DNA of 63,885 nt, filler included, from Squatina squatina (lineage: Eukaryota), in NCBI GenBank assembly GCA_031763465.1. It is 4 parts of 3 records of this genome, joined end to end, with 100 filler letters (N's around TTAATTAATTAA, not from the genome) between each part and the next. Parts side by side here need not be neighbours in the genome. Positions count along the whole stretch, not along the records: positions 51,443 to 63,885 come from JARFOE010000100.1; 3 more parts are not named here. One strand, 5' to 3'. Made by a program: the position numbers and the translations under genes. Numbering within the stretch: the first letter of the stretch is position 1; every line of letters begins with the position of its first letter. This document shows positions 51,443 to 63,885 of this stretch, one piece after another. Under the pieces are notes generated by a model. It was not told the origin of the DNA and did no database searches. It saw nothing but the letters and a program-made list of their open reading frames with translations.

Positions 51443-53640
51443 TGTGTCCTCCTTTGTGAAGACAGAACCAAAGTATGTATTTAATTGGTCTGCCATTTCC
51501 TTGTTCCCCATTATACATTGCCCTGATTCTGACTGCAAGGGACCTACGTGCCTTTGGATGTGAAATGGTCAACACCATTTGCCCGATATAGTTGGCTGTC
51601 CGGGATAAGCAGAGATGCTGTGAGTGATGGGGACTGTAGTGCAATTGAACAGGATGGAGTTCCAGTATCATGGTGCGTCATTTTGGAACTGGGGAAAGTA
51701 CAGTTCCATACAGGTATAATTAGACAGGAAGTATAGAACTGCTTGGTGGCCTCTGAATGGCAGAAATTTCTAAAATGAGAAAAGACTTTCTATCATTAGA
51801 AAGTTGACAGCAGCAATTATTCCCTTTATGAATGGAGAAGTGTCTATAATCTGATGCGTTATAGTCACAAACATCTTTCAGACTGATTAAAATAGATGGC
51901 TTGCTAATTAAGGTTTAATTGTTGTTAAAACATCTCTTTGCCGAAGTGTTTTCAGACCTATATTGATTGAAATCTCAAGCACAAGAAAGGACATTGTCTC
52001 CAGTTTGAACTTATAAAATTATTTATTTATAAATATTATTGTTACACTCAGTAATCTACTTACAGATATGTCCATTCCTAAATCGCCCCACCTCTGTAGA
52101 AATCACTGATTAACCCTCACTGCTGAACAAACAGTATGTCCACATGGTTAGCTCCAGAAATGCTGTGGCAAGCACATTGTGCATTAATGAAGTTAATAAT
52201 GGACACAGATGTCTGGATAGGACAACTGAAGGGCAACTGATAGCACAGGATCACTAGTTGACACCATCAATCATGTGGCTTATCTACTTGCTGGACAGTG
52301 CATATGTAGTCCATTATTGCTACTCAGACAAAACCTCTGCGGATTTTTCTCTCCGATTCCACAGGGGCAAGTCAAGGGAGAGTAACCTGGGTGGATCTGA
52401 ATTTGCCCATTTCCTGCTCGATGGGTTAGGTTAAAAAGGCCCCTCATATATTTGAACTTATTAACCAAACACTGATCTGTTTCCTCAGCCTCTCTTACTG
52501 CTATGGCTGCCAAGCACAAAAGTCCTCAATCGAAACTGAGCATAACTTTCAGACAGATTTCAGTGCTCCCTTTGCCCAGATAAAACACGCATATGACAGG
52601 ATTTCATGCAAAGGTCATTTCTTTTTCTTACTCTTTTCCTTCTCCCTCCACAAGAAACATCTCTTACCTAGCTGAAGCATGTTATCTAGGCAGTGCCTTT
52701 GCCTATAGGTCCGGGATTGAGGATAACATTGGAAGTGGATTGTCCGCCTCTGTGCAGCCTGACCTTCCTGACATTCCTCCTTTGCTATTCTTCCTTTGGC
52801 TTCAAATCATATCAATATAAAAGTCTTTCTATAGGATTACCCATGGTGCTAATGTAATTCACACCAACTGAAAATGGCAGTGCCGAAACTCTTGGCTCAA
52901 ACAGTTTGAAAATAAAAAAATAAAACAATGTTGCTCTCCTGCAGGCTCCAAAATTCTATTTTTTTAAATGACAGCTCCATCATAGCTGTTAGCTTCCTGT
53001 CAACAGGCAATCTAGCAACTTGGAAGAGTGTCTGGTTTATATGAGCAGACTGAATGCGCATCACATATATATAAGAAAATTGCATACTCATCTAAATGGT
53101 TCAATATAATTAGAATATTTAAAATAAGCTATTACTATCCCCGAATATCACTCAAGCAGAAGCTGGTAGGAGAAGTTCAATACAGCTATGACAGTGNNNN
53201 NNNNNNNNNNNNNNNNNNNNNNNNNNNNNNNNNNNNNNNNNNNNNNNNNNNNNNNNNNNNNNNNNNNNNNNNNNNNNNNNNNNNNNNNNNNNNNNNAAGC
53301 TAAACACAATAGGGGAAAAATTACTTCAGGACAACACTAATAGGGCAGTTGGAGCAGAGATGAAAACTCTTAATAAAAATGCCAACGAGCTTGAAACTAA
53401 AGACAAGCACAAAATAGTAAATATTCTGAATGATTATTTCCTCCAGGTATTCACACGAGAAGACACGAGCAACATGCCCTTCCCAAATGGTGCCAACTAA
53501 ATTAAAATCAAGGACTTGATATGAATGAAGTAGAAGTCTAGACAGGCTAAAAGGGCTCAAAACAAGTAGCTTCCCAGGAAACAACAGTTATTCTGGAGTA
53601 CGGAGTCTACAGAGGAGGTCAGAGAGGAATGATAATCATT

Positions 53641-54350
53641 GGGCCATAATCTGCCATAGCAGGTCATCCACTGACAGATTTGCCCTTGCACGTCCGTTTA
53701 AAAAAAAATGTTTGTGGCAAATTGCTGGAAGTGAGAGCTGATAACGTGTCAGTGAGGAAAACAGGGCATCTGTAGCCTGAGTGAACAAGGCAAGCAACTG
53801 TGCATCTCCTTAACCAGATTGAAGGATTGTGAAATAATTGGCCAAGGGCTGAGTAAAAAAAGTGGAACTTAGAGTGGGTGAATTTAATGCCAGTCAGGTA
53901 CAGAACAAAAAATAAATTGAGAGAAATAAAGATTGGGTTAGGAGAGAGAAAAAAAAATTAAAATTAATTTTAAATTTAACATTTTTAAAATCTCCAACAA
54001 TTAAAACCTGAAGGAATTAGACTCCACACTTGTAACAGTTCATTTTCAGTGCCAGAGTGCATTTGACAGTAATTAATACTTACCACATTGTTAAAAGGGT
54101 ACTTAATTTTCTGTGGTGAGTTTAGTTCGTATCTACCGCACAAATATAACAACTTCACGCCATTCACTGCATTTCAACGGTGAGGCAGAAAGTGAGATGC
54201 TGTTTTCATGAAGCTAACGGCGTAACTCAGACAGCAATTTTTGGATATTTGAGTTTAACTGCCCTTCGTGTGAATTTGCTGCACCATTTGCACATAAATA
54301 ACAGGAAGTGCCATCAGCCTCACCGTTATTTTGACAGCAAATTATGGCCA
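53641..54350 (+). mobile_element. MITE (~710 bp) with TIRs and 3-bp TSD, PIF/Harbinger-like
   Basis: Ends gggccataatctgcc ... cagcaaattatggcca; ATT on both flanks (53638-53640, 54351-54353). Confidence 0.7.
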
Positions 54351-54467
54351 ATTATGTTAAACTCAAATCTGTAGGGAGAGAGAGTAAGCTTTCGGAATGG
54401 ATAAGAAATTGGCTGAAGGGTGGAGAACCAGTTCTCATGAAGGGAGTTATGTCAGGATGAGGAGGAA

Positions 54468-54707
54468 CCTTGGTTCAGTGTTGGCGCTCTAGCCTCTATC
54501 AGAGGTTGTGGGTTCAAGTTACAATCCAGAGACTTGAGAACAGAATATGGGCTGACACTTCAGTACAGTACTGAAGACGGTTGCACTGTGAGAGGTGCCA
54601 TATTTAGGATAAGACGATAAACCAAAGTCCCATCTGCCATCTAAAGTGGACGCAAAAAATTCCATGCCACTATTCAGAGAGCAGCAGCGGAGTTCTCTAG
54701 GTGCCTT
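54468..54707 (+). mobile_element. tRNA-derived Deu-type SINE 5' half (cut by a gap)
   Basis: ccttggttcagtg...ggttgtgggttcaagt B box, then gctgacacttcagtacagtactga. Confidence 0.78.
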
Positions 54708-55606
54708 NNNNNNNNNNNNNNNNNNNNNNNNNNNNNNNNNNNNNNNNNNNNNNNNNNNNNNNNNNNNNNNNNNNNNNNNNNNNNNNNNNNNNNNNNNNNN
54801 NNNNNNNATTCAAGTCTGTTTTTTACTGAGCGGAGTTGGGGTTCCACAATGGAAGCAGGAGGAAAACTGATCAGGGTTCCTACTCCTGATCGCTGCCAAG
54901 TGACTCTTATGGTCCACTATGCGGACTTTGGATGAGGATGGGATTGTGATGGCACCCCGATTGAATAGTCGGCCCACAGTCGCTGTCCAGGCTCAAACGG
55001 GAATAGTGGCCACTTGGACAGGATCACAAGATCGGCTTAGATGAAGAGAGCATTTCAGCCCATTTGTTCTCATCCTTCAGGATACCAACCCTGTTGCCTT
55101 CCCTTTACCGCTGGGCTATCCAAACCATTTATAGACCTTGTACCCTAGCAATCAGCCAATGAAGCTCAGGCATCTGCATTCTATTTTTGCCACTATTTCC
55201 TAATCATGAGTTTGACCTGCTGGAATTTTTGAGGTTTGGAAAAAGCAATTCTTAGGGCTGTTGCCTTGTTGCCAAAATTGGAGTGTTGAACTGTTAGTAT
55301 CACCAGTCTAAGATGTATACTAATTAATGGGAACATGGTTAAACCTTAATGTGGCCCATGGAGGTCCATGGTATACACCAACTCATGAAGAGAACAGGGC
55401 TGGACCTTCCTACATTGCAACGTGTGTTTCTCAAGCCAACATCCTGGGCTCAATCAACCTTCCTGGCAACTGGTTTCAAGTGTTCATCATCCTCTGTGTA
55501 AACAAATGCTTAATGGCTATCCCTCATCAAGTTGTCTTCACACTGCTGAACTACACAGTTGTGGTTGCTATAGTAATGACAAATTAAAGAACTTGAATTT
55601 CTATAG

Positions 55607-56021
55607 CCTCAGGATGTCCTAAAGCGCTTTACAACCAATGAAGTACTTTTGAAGTGCAGTCACTGTTGTAATGTGGGAAACGGGGCAGCCAATTTGCGCA
55701 CAGCAAGCTCCCACAAACAGCAATGTGATAATGACCGGATAAGATCATCTGTCTTTACTGATGTTGATTTGAGGGATAAATATTGGCCAGGCCACCAGGC
55801 AGAACTCACTTGCTCTTCTTCAAAATTGTGCACAATATCATTCACGTCCATATGAGAGACAGACTGGGCCTCGGTTTAACGTCTCATCCAAAAGAAAGCA
55901 CCTCCAACAGTACAGCACCGTCAATCCTAGATTTATGTGCTCAATTCCTATGGAGTGGGACTTGAACCCACAACCTTCTGACTCAGAGGGGAGTGTGCTA
56001 CCCACTGAGCCACAGCTGACA
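55607..56021 (-). mobile_element. Near full-length tRNA-derived Deu-type SINE (SacSINE1-like)
   Basis: Minus strand gtgtcagctgtggctcagtgggtagc (A box)...gggttcaagtcc (B box); core gggagcttgctgtgcgcaaattggctgcc; tail aaagcgctttaggacatcctgagg. Confidence 0.85.
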
Positions 56022-56157
56022 CATATGTTCTTGTAACATTTCCTCCAAATCGTCCAAGTTTTCTAAGAGCTTTTAACTATCTCATGATTTTTCATCTAAA
56101 AATTTCCTTAGATTTTCCCATTTTGATTTTTGTTGTAAAATTTGAAGTAAAGTTAAT

Positions 56158-56824
56158 GGTACAGAATTTGCAGTAAAATTAACAGTGAGGCACAAATTGG
56201 GCAGCAACTACCGATGTGCGCAGATGTGCCATTAAACTGTAAGCTACACAATAATGGCATTTCGTCCCTAGCTCCCCATTCAAATGTATTGAGCGGCGTG
56301 AAGTTCCTGTACTTACATCGTTGATATGGACTAAGCTTGTCACAGAAAGTTAGGACTTGTCCATTTCATTCTGTGTACCCCTTTTATTCGGTGTGATAAG
56401 TCTTAATTCCTGCCAAACAACCTCCCTGGCACTGAAAATTCCGTCAGATTTTATTTGTTGTTGGAGATTTGAAAAAAAAAATTGAACTTTCTTTTTGTCT
56501 CTTTTCTCCCCCTCTCGGAAACCCATCTTTGTTTCGTTCTCTTTATCCCACTTTCTGTACCTGATTCGGCATTGAAATCACTATTCTAACTTACACTTCC
56601 CGGTTCAGACTCTATGCTGACCGTTAACAATTTTTAAAATCTGATTGGTTAATGAGACACACAGTTGCCTACCCTGTTCACACAGGTCCCAGATGCACTG
56701 CAGAGAGTGTGACACTTTTTGGATGACTGACTGACAGGACCTTCAAAAGTCCAGAGAAAGTCGAAGGGCAAGTGTAACAAATGGCTGGCGCCATTTGTTT
56801 GCTGTTGACCGCAAAATCTGGCCC
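56158..56824 (-). mobile_element. MITE (~670 bp), same family as 53641-54350 in the opposite orientation
   Basis: Ends ggtacagaatttgcagtaa ... tgaccgcaaaatctggccc (14/19 inverted match); AAT on both flanks; internal blocks are reverse complements of 53641-54350. Confidence 0.7.
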
Positions 56825-57026
56825 AATAAGATAGATACCCAGATTCAAGGCAGTGTGTGTTATATCCGAACCATTGCAGTGAGGTAAATGAGCTTACCCT
56901 TCGTTTTACACTTTGCCAGACATTCTTTCTTGGTTAAAAAGTTGTTTTCGTTTCCATTACATCCCCCGTACATAAACTCTTCGCATTTCTGTGTGAATAT
57001 GTTGAAGTAATATCTTTTGTTTGTAG

Positions 57027-57107
57027 CTTTGCAGCGCCCACTATCAGCCTTTAGTGTGCAGATTTCATGGCCGTACAGCAGCTTCTTGTGACCTGCATGA
57101 GAAAAAG
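57027..57107 (+). CDS. Candidate 81-nt symmetric exon of an unidentified gene
   Basis: tcttttgtttgtag acceptor; aag|gtatta donor; only the phase-0 frame is open: LCSAHYQPLVCRFHGRTAASCDLHEKK. Peptide not recognised. Confidence 0.35.
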
Positions 57108-58329
57108 GTATTATTGTTATTGGATTTAAGTAAATTAAATATTGATTTCAAGTGAAAGTTCCATTTGGTCATGTTTTTCACATAAGATTATACATTAATT
57201 TTTGCTTGAATTTTCCTATCTCTTGTGTCCAATTTCAGAGTTCTAAAATATCAAGAAAACCTCCCTACCACTGGAAATGTCATCTTTGTTTATTATGAGC
57301 ACTGTAAGTTAGATCTAATCTGATCCCACACAATTCTGGTGACAGATGCCTGCTATTACTGTAGTAATTTGTTTCTACTTTCTTCATTGTTGAGACACCT
57401 ACTGACTTCAAAATGGTGTTATTTATTTTCTCTATTTCCAGAATACTGTCAGTTTCCACTGGATAGAGCTTCACCCTTAAGCTGCTGAATCGACTTGAAT
57501 GGCATATGCTTAATTCCAACAAATAATGAGACGAGCATTTCTGGTTCTGGAATGTAGAAACGTAACAAGCACCAAAGCTTTTTAGCGTGTTTCATCACAA
57601 CCTGTCGTAGATACAAATCTGTGGTTTAAATTGCAAACTACAATTCTCAACAACTTCAAATCAGTTATAATATTTCAAAACAATTAAAGATGTAGTTTTT
57701 TAAAAAATTGTAAACACTTGCAAAATTCTCCTACAGTTTGAAGATGAAAGAATTTGGCCTTTCCCTTTAAGAGACTGATTTGCATTCATATTTTTATTAT
57801 AGTGGTGGTAGTATTTTGAGATCATAGAATCATACAGTACAGAAGGAGGCCATTCGGCCCATCATGCCAGTGAAAGAACTATCTAATTACACTCTCTTGC
57901 TCGTTCTCTGTTGCCCTGTAAAATTTTTTTTGTGTAATTATCCAATTCCCTTTTGAAAGTTACTCCTGAATCTGCTTCCACCTCCCTTTCAAGCAATGCC
58001 TTCCAAATCATAACAAGTCACCGTATAAAAAAAAAGGTCACCTCATCTCCCCTCTNNNNNNNNNNNNNNNNNNNNNNNNNNNNNNNNNNNNNNNNNNNNN
58101 NNNNNNNNNNNNNNNNNNNNNNNNNNNNNNNNNNNNNNNNNNNNNNNNNNNNNNNAGACCTGATTACCCATAACATTGGCAGCAATGACAACTACAAAGA
58201 ACACCCTCCATTGTGTATATTGGCACTACCACTTTAATTACCAGACTAAGGAAAGATCTATCAGCCCAAAATTAAGTATCCTTGTTGCATTTAGGCCATT
58301 AGCAGCAGTAAGATTGTATACCACAATCT

Positions 58330-59240
58330 GTAATCTCATGGTCTGACATATCGCCCAGTCCTCCATTACATCAAGCCAAGAAACCAACCCTGATTAATGG
58401 AAAGTATACAATGGCCGACCAGGAGCAGGCACAACTTAGAATGAGTTTCCAGAATTCATCACAGCTTTGATCAACATATGAAAGCAAGAGCTGAATGCCA
58501 GAGTTGGAACAAAAAGTAGCTCCACTCCACATCAAGACAACATTTGATGGTGTATGGTACCACTGCACCCCAGCAAAAGTGAGGTCAATGGGGATCAAGG
58601 GGAAAATCTTCCAGTGGCAGAAGTCACACCTGACACAAATGAAGATGGCCATTCGTGTTGGAGGCTAACCATCACAGCAGAGGACATTGCTAAAGGCATT
58701 CTTCAGGGAAATGTCCTCAGCCCAACCATCTTCAGCTGTTTCATCAATCCATCTTAAGGTCTGGAATGAGGGCATTTGCTAACAGTTCAACAATGCTCAG
58801 CTCCATTCACAACTCCTGTGATAATGACACATTCCACACTACCCTAAAGCAGAACCTGGATAACATTTGGGTTTCAGCTGACAAGTGAAGATATGTGTGT
58901 TTGTGCCACACAAGTGCCAGGTAATGACAGTGATTAACATCTTAGGGAGAGTGACCCCTGATCAGAAGCTTAACTGGGCAACCATATCATTAATGGGATT
59001 ACAGGAGCAGGGAAAAGGCTGGGTATACTCCTGACAAGTAGCTCACCTTCTAACACTTCTGAGACTCTCCACCATCTACAAGGCTCAAGTCATGATTCAC
59101 CACTTGTCTGGCTGTAGCCACAACAACCACCACCCAAACCTTCATGTCATCCAGGACAAAGCAGGCCAGTACTAAGCTCAATATCCATCCCTTTCATCAC
59201 AACTGCAGTATGTATTATCTGCCGAATACACTGCAACAAC
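58330..59240 (+). mobile_element. Highly decayed CR1/L2-group LINE reverse-transcriptase fragment
   Basis: Remnants IKTTFDGVWYH...SMGIKGKIFQW...GILQGNVLSPTIFSCFIN correspond to RT motifs DIKAAFDRVWH and GVPQGSVLGP. Confidence 0.8.
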
Positions 59241-61539
59241 TCACTAAGCTTACTCACTGGGGAAAAGACTCATTTTTCCTTATTGGTTTATCTCAAAGCC
59301 AAAATAATTCTGAATTGTTAAAATTTGTAATTTGTATAATTAAAACAGAAATAAGCGATTGTAAAGAAACAATTCTGGGTCATACATTGACTATTTTTTA
59401 AAAATTAAATTCCAAGTGGTCAAAAAATAATTGAAGTTTAAAACACTGTTAATTTCCAAACAGATCTTTTCAAAATTAAAAAGTATAGCTTAGACTACAC
59501 CATTCTATTCAATTTGATGCCCTCAGCTATATGAAAACGATAAGCAAAATCTTCATGGACTCTAATGGCATTACTGATATTAGCTGGATATGTTTTATAA
59601 GGACAGAAGCATTATACCACATCAAACACAAATGGTCCAGAATTTACAATAGGTAATAAGAGCAAACGAACAGTGTTGAAACTGACTGACTGCAACTTCA
59701 GGATTTAGCATATGCGCATCTGAAGTTACTAAAATCATTGTTTTGACAAGAGGACTACAGAAAGACATTAAGCAAGATGAGGGTCTGTTCTGAAGATTGG
59801 GTGGGTCTTGGTTGGAAGAGTATAGAAAGTCAGAAATGGAAATACCAGATATCAGTTATCTAATTTGTTTGAAGCTTGATGTCTTGAAAGTAAAATTTCA
59901 GACTTGTCACTTTTTGGATCTCATGAGAAGTTTGTGTATAGCTGGATAAGATTATGATTGTAGATCAGTGGTATCTTTTCATTTGCTGCATGGAAGGATT
60001 ATTCAACTTGGTATCACAAGTAGCTGTCAGTCTGTTTATTGCAAGGCTCAGAGTATTTAGTAATCCTTTGCCTTTTGTGGCTTTTCTGTGATGTATTATG
60101 CTGCCCTGAGGGAACAAACTGTCAGAATTTTTTCGAGCTAGCTTATTTTATTGGCATTTCAGCATTTCCGAATAAGTTATTCAACCATAGGCCCTGTTAT
60201 AAGCCATGAATATCGTGCAAACTTTTAACTGATTTGACCGTAACCATCCATATCTAGAAATTTCTATTTTTAACTGCCGCTACTACATTATTCAAAATAT
60301 TGAAATTTGCTGAATGCAGTGCACTTGAATGTTATCCAAATGGCGCATGCCTTGGTCAAATATTGATTGTGCTACCTTTCCGAGACTGCTTTCATTTTCT
60401 AATATTCTAACTTTGCTGCTCCAGAATGCTGAGAAGTTACATGATTACCAGTTGTTTGGCCTTATAGAAGTATTTAACTCACCATATAGTATGAAAAATA
60501 AAAATTGCAGGTATATTTTGGATATTCAAGATTTTTTCAGGAGTTCACTAGTGGTGTTACATTGTTGTTGGTGTAAGAATCTTATTGACACCTTGGTATT
60601 CTTTATAGAATTCTATTGTTTTGCCACTTAAGCATTAAAATAGTAAATGGCATCATGCTTAATATTTTCTGGGGAAAAACTGCTGTTTAATTAGAGGATT
60701 AATTAAATCAACGTTTAGTGATTGTGAATATAATCCTATTTGTTCATATTGAAAAATGTACCTTCGTTTTCAGAAAAACTTCTAGAAGTTTGTCCAACTT
60801 GGTGTTTTAAGAATTAAACTGCTGACATGCTTATGCAATGTTGATCCTTTCCAAAATTTTAACTGTATTTCAAACCTCAACAAAAATGAAAGTGAGTTCA
60901 AGTAGGATTCTGCACAGCTGGGAAAACTTAATCTTCACAAACTGAATTAGAACAGAGGAAATATAGTTGTGAGGGAACAGACACATTAAAAGTTGACGTA
61001 CTTGAACTTATGATGTGACTGTGTCAATTTTTGGACTCTGACACTAAATCGGGTTAAAAATTGTTTTAGGGCAGCTTTGCAACCAATCAGTTTTTTTAAC
61101 ATAGGCTTTTACTCTTAAGTAGGACCTCTCCTGTAAAGGAGGCAAAGCAGAAAAACTGAGTGCTCGACTGTAGCAATGTTAAGAAGTTATGTGTTAAAAA
61201 TAAATAAGGATGCAATAGTAGAAGAATAAAATGGAAGATAGGCAAATACAGATGATGTGTTAATTTAGTATTTATTTTAAATGTTAAAACATTTGTTTTT
61301 AGAATCCATATTATTGTAATGTAGTTCCTCTTGACATCTCTGTAAATTTATTGTTGAAATATTGAAGTTTGTTTGTATTGTGATATGGGAGCAGTAAATT
61401 TATTGACAATGACAGAATAAGTGCTTTAAAAACTTTTAAAATAATTAATGTTGCATGCAGCTCTCTATCTCTTTCCCTATCAAATTTGACAATGTTAAAG
61501 CTGCTACGTTGTATCTATCTATTGAATGATGTCCCACTG

Positions 61540-61695
61540 AAACATAGAAAATAGGAGCAGGAGTAGGCCATTCAGCCCTTCAAGACTGCTCTGCCATTCA
61601 ATAGGATCATGGCTGATCCTCTATCTTATCGCCATATTCCCGCTTTCTCCCCATACCCCTTGATGCCTTTAGTGTCTAAAAATCTATTTCCTTCT
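61540..61695 (-). mobile_element. CR1-clade LINE 3' tail
   Basis: gaaacatagaaaataggagcaggagtaggccattcagccc. Similar tails at 44875-44923, 57822-58055 and 14535-14670. Confidence 0.85.
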
Positions 61696-62289
61696 NNNNN
61701 NNNNNNNNNNNNNNNNNNNNNNNNNNNNNNNNNNNNNNNNNNNNNNNNNNNNNNNNNNNNNNNNNNNNNNNNNNNNNNNNNNNNNNNNNNNNNNNTTAAT
61801 TCACAAATCCTTCCCTGATATAGCTCTGTAGCCATTCATTGCTTATCTGCTGGGGAACTGACACTCCTTCTGTCTCTGCCTCTCTGCTGTTAGTAGCCCG
61901 AGGGGAATCATCCCTCAGTTTTGCCAGAAAGCTTCATTAGACCTAATTATCTTTGAATCTGAGAGCTACGGACCGCAGATAGGAACACTGTTCCAAGAGA
62001 AGAACTCTGCCAGTGGAGCAGACAAGTTGTTGCAGTTGGGGATTCTATTTTGGTGAGTTCAAGAATCAAATATTCAACTGAGATGAGCACGGCATTTCAA
62101 AAATACAACACGGAATCTGCTCCCATTTTATTAGCCATTGAGTGCTGTCCAATCGGGTTTTAAGTAACTGTGTAAGCAGATCTTTTTTAAAAAGTGTAAA
62201 CCAGTCAATAAACGGAGTGGGATGTCCCAGATTGGTCAGTGGGTAATTGGAATGGCTGCACAGGCCAGGAAACCTCAAAGGTTCAGATC

Positions 62290-62647
62290 TGCGCTACATT
62301 CCAAGTATTTCAACGCTGTCCTGGTCAGCCTCCCATCTTCCAGCCTCCATATACTTGAGCTCATCCAAAACTCTGCTGCCCTTATCCTATCCCGCACCAT
62401 GTCCCATTCACTCATTACCCTTGTGCTCGCTGACCTGGCTTACCATCCTCCAACACCTCTGTACAGTATTGCAACAGTAATATTTATTTTTAAAATTATA
62501 TAAGTAATATTGTATATGGTTTATTTACAGTTGTGCAAAATTAATTGTTCGGTGTCGAATTTTTGTTTTGTTTTATAATACTCCTGTGAAGCACCTTGGG
62601 ACGTTTTACTAAGTTAAAGGCGCTATATAAATACAAGTTGTTGTTGA
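62290..62647 (+). mobile_element. L2-clade LINE fragments with 3' tail
   Basis: cttgagctcatccaaaactctgctgcc (LELIQNSAA) and tail ctcctgtgaagcaccttgggacgtttt...aaaggcgctatataaatacaagttgttgttg. Confidence 0.82.
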
Positions 62648-63885
62648 TGACCAGTGACAGCTTGATTTACTATATAATGGGAGGAAAGACTCACAGCAAG
62701 TACTGTATCTTTAGAAATCTGTAAAGTTGCACATTTATATTTTAAAGCTGTTGCTCGATATTTGAAATATAAATAATTTCCAATGGCTTCCACAATTAAA
62801 CTGTTTTTGAATACATTGCTTTTCAAATTATGCCTGGCTTGTTATGCACATGTTAATCCTTGTGGAGTTAGCTTAAAGCAGATTACGTTTTAAACAAAAA
62901 AATGATATTTTATGACCATTATTCATTTATTTAACAAATTTCATACTTTTGCAAGAGTAATATTTTCTTCAAGTGAGATTTCTAGTTTTAAGTATGTATG
63001 AATTTCAACTAAAAGTGCAAGACCACTTATAGTTTGTGAGGTATTTAGAAAAAACGTTTAAACATTCATGATGTGGTTATAAGTCCCACAATACATATCC
63101 ACATCTGCCTTGCAGCTGCAAGTCATTAAGCTGAGCTAGAACTTCCTCTTCAAAAATCCAGGCTTTTTCCAAGAGCAGTAAGTTGTTTCAGTTCTATTTT
63201 CAGTATATTTCTAAGTCTATGTGAGGGTGCTCAATCTTCTCACTTAAGGCGCCACCAGTAAACAATTGGAAAGAGACTAGATTTGGGATTAACAGACAGA
63301 TTTGCATGCCTGCTCGATTTGGGATTCAAAAATAGGTTGGTGCTTGGCTTCATGTTGCTGTAAGTAGACGGCAGTCAGACATCCTTTGTGTAGTGTTCTA
63401 CAGAAATGAAAGAAACAAATGATTTTGAGATTCACTGATAGCAGTGTTAAGATGAACAGAGAGAATGCAAAACAATATACAAACAATTTAGTCAACAAAG
63501 CAACATTTTAAATGATGGACTATTGTATGTTCCTGTGCTGTTATTTTATTCTGCTGGAGGAATGCAATGCAGCTAAATTATCCGTAAGGTTTACATTAGT
63601 AAACTGAGGAATAATTCCTTTGCATCAGGGGTGTTTCCTGATCATCTGCCGTAACCTTGGCAGTAGATCTGCTGAAACCTTGGAGAAACGGCATGAACAT
63701 GGTGTTTGCGCTGTTTCTTTGGGGTTTCTGGGGATCCTCTGCCAAAGTTACGGCAGGGGATTGGGAGACCCATTTGGAAATTCATACCCCATAGTATCTT
63801 TCACATCCTGAGGACATCTCAAAACACTTCACAGCAAATGAATTACTTTTGAAATATAGTCACGGTGTTACATAGGCAAATGTGG

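Noticed and set aside
55940-56021. tRNA gene
   Set aside because: The A and B boxes continue into a SINE core and LINE-type tail found in many copies, and no complete cloverleaf is evident.
57280-57602. Minus-strand ORFs (VVMKHAKK..., MLELSICH...)
   Set aside because: No recognisable homology, and no consistent exon boundaries or frame.
60329-60631. 100-aa ORF
   Set aside because: AT-rich, no motif and no convincing splice context; consistent with a chance ORF.

Overview
Eukaryotic DNA, not prokaryotic: a gappy, low-contiguity cartilaginous-fish (shark-like) assembly. The organism call rests on the CR1/L2/RTE LINEs, tRNA-derived Deu-type SINEs, a 67-bp satellite and the vertebrate exons. 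Three artificial N44-TTAATTAATTAA-N44 linkers split the window into four probably unlinked scaffolds. (1) 1-21546: laminin-gamma (+), NMNAT2 (-, 3 exons) and SMG7 (+) exons, in the same order as human LAMC1/2-NMNAT2-SMG7. (2) 21647-34023: the terminal exon of myostatin (-). (3) 34124-51342: an RGS19-type exon (-) head-to-head with OPRL1 (+, 2 exons), plus a stray CEMIP-family exon. (4) 51443-63885: mostly repeats. Best findings: (a) an HDV-like ribozyme fold exactly at the 5' end of an Ingi/Vingi-type LINE, with the ORF start codon inside it; (b) a TGA-CTAG readthrough signal and an open 29-residue extension on OPRL1; (c) a NOP receptor with classical-opioid-type binding residues and NPxxY->NHxxY; (d) a myostatin mature domain that mixes GDF8 and GDF11 residues and has a tenth Cys. 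All homology calls are from recalled sequences; no searches were run.
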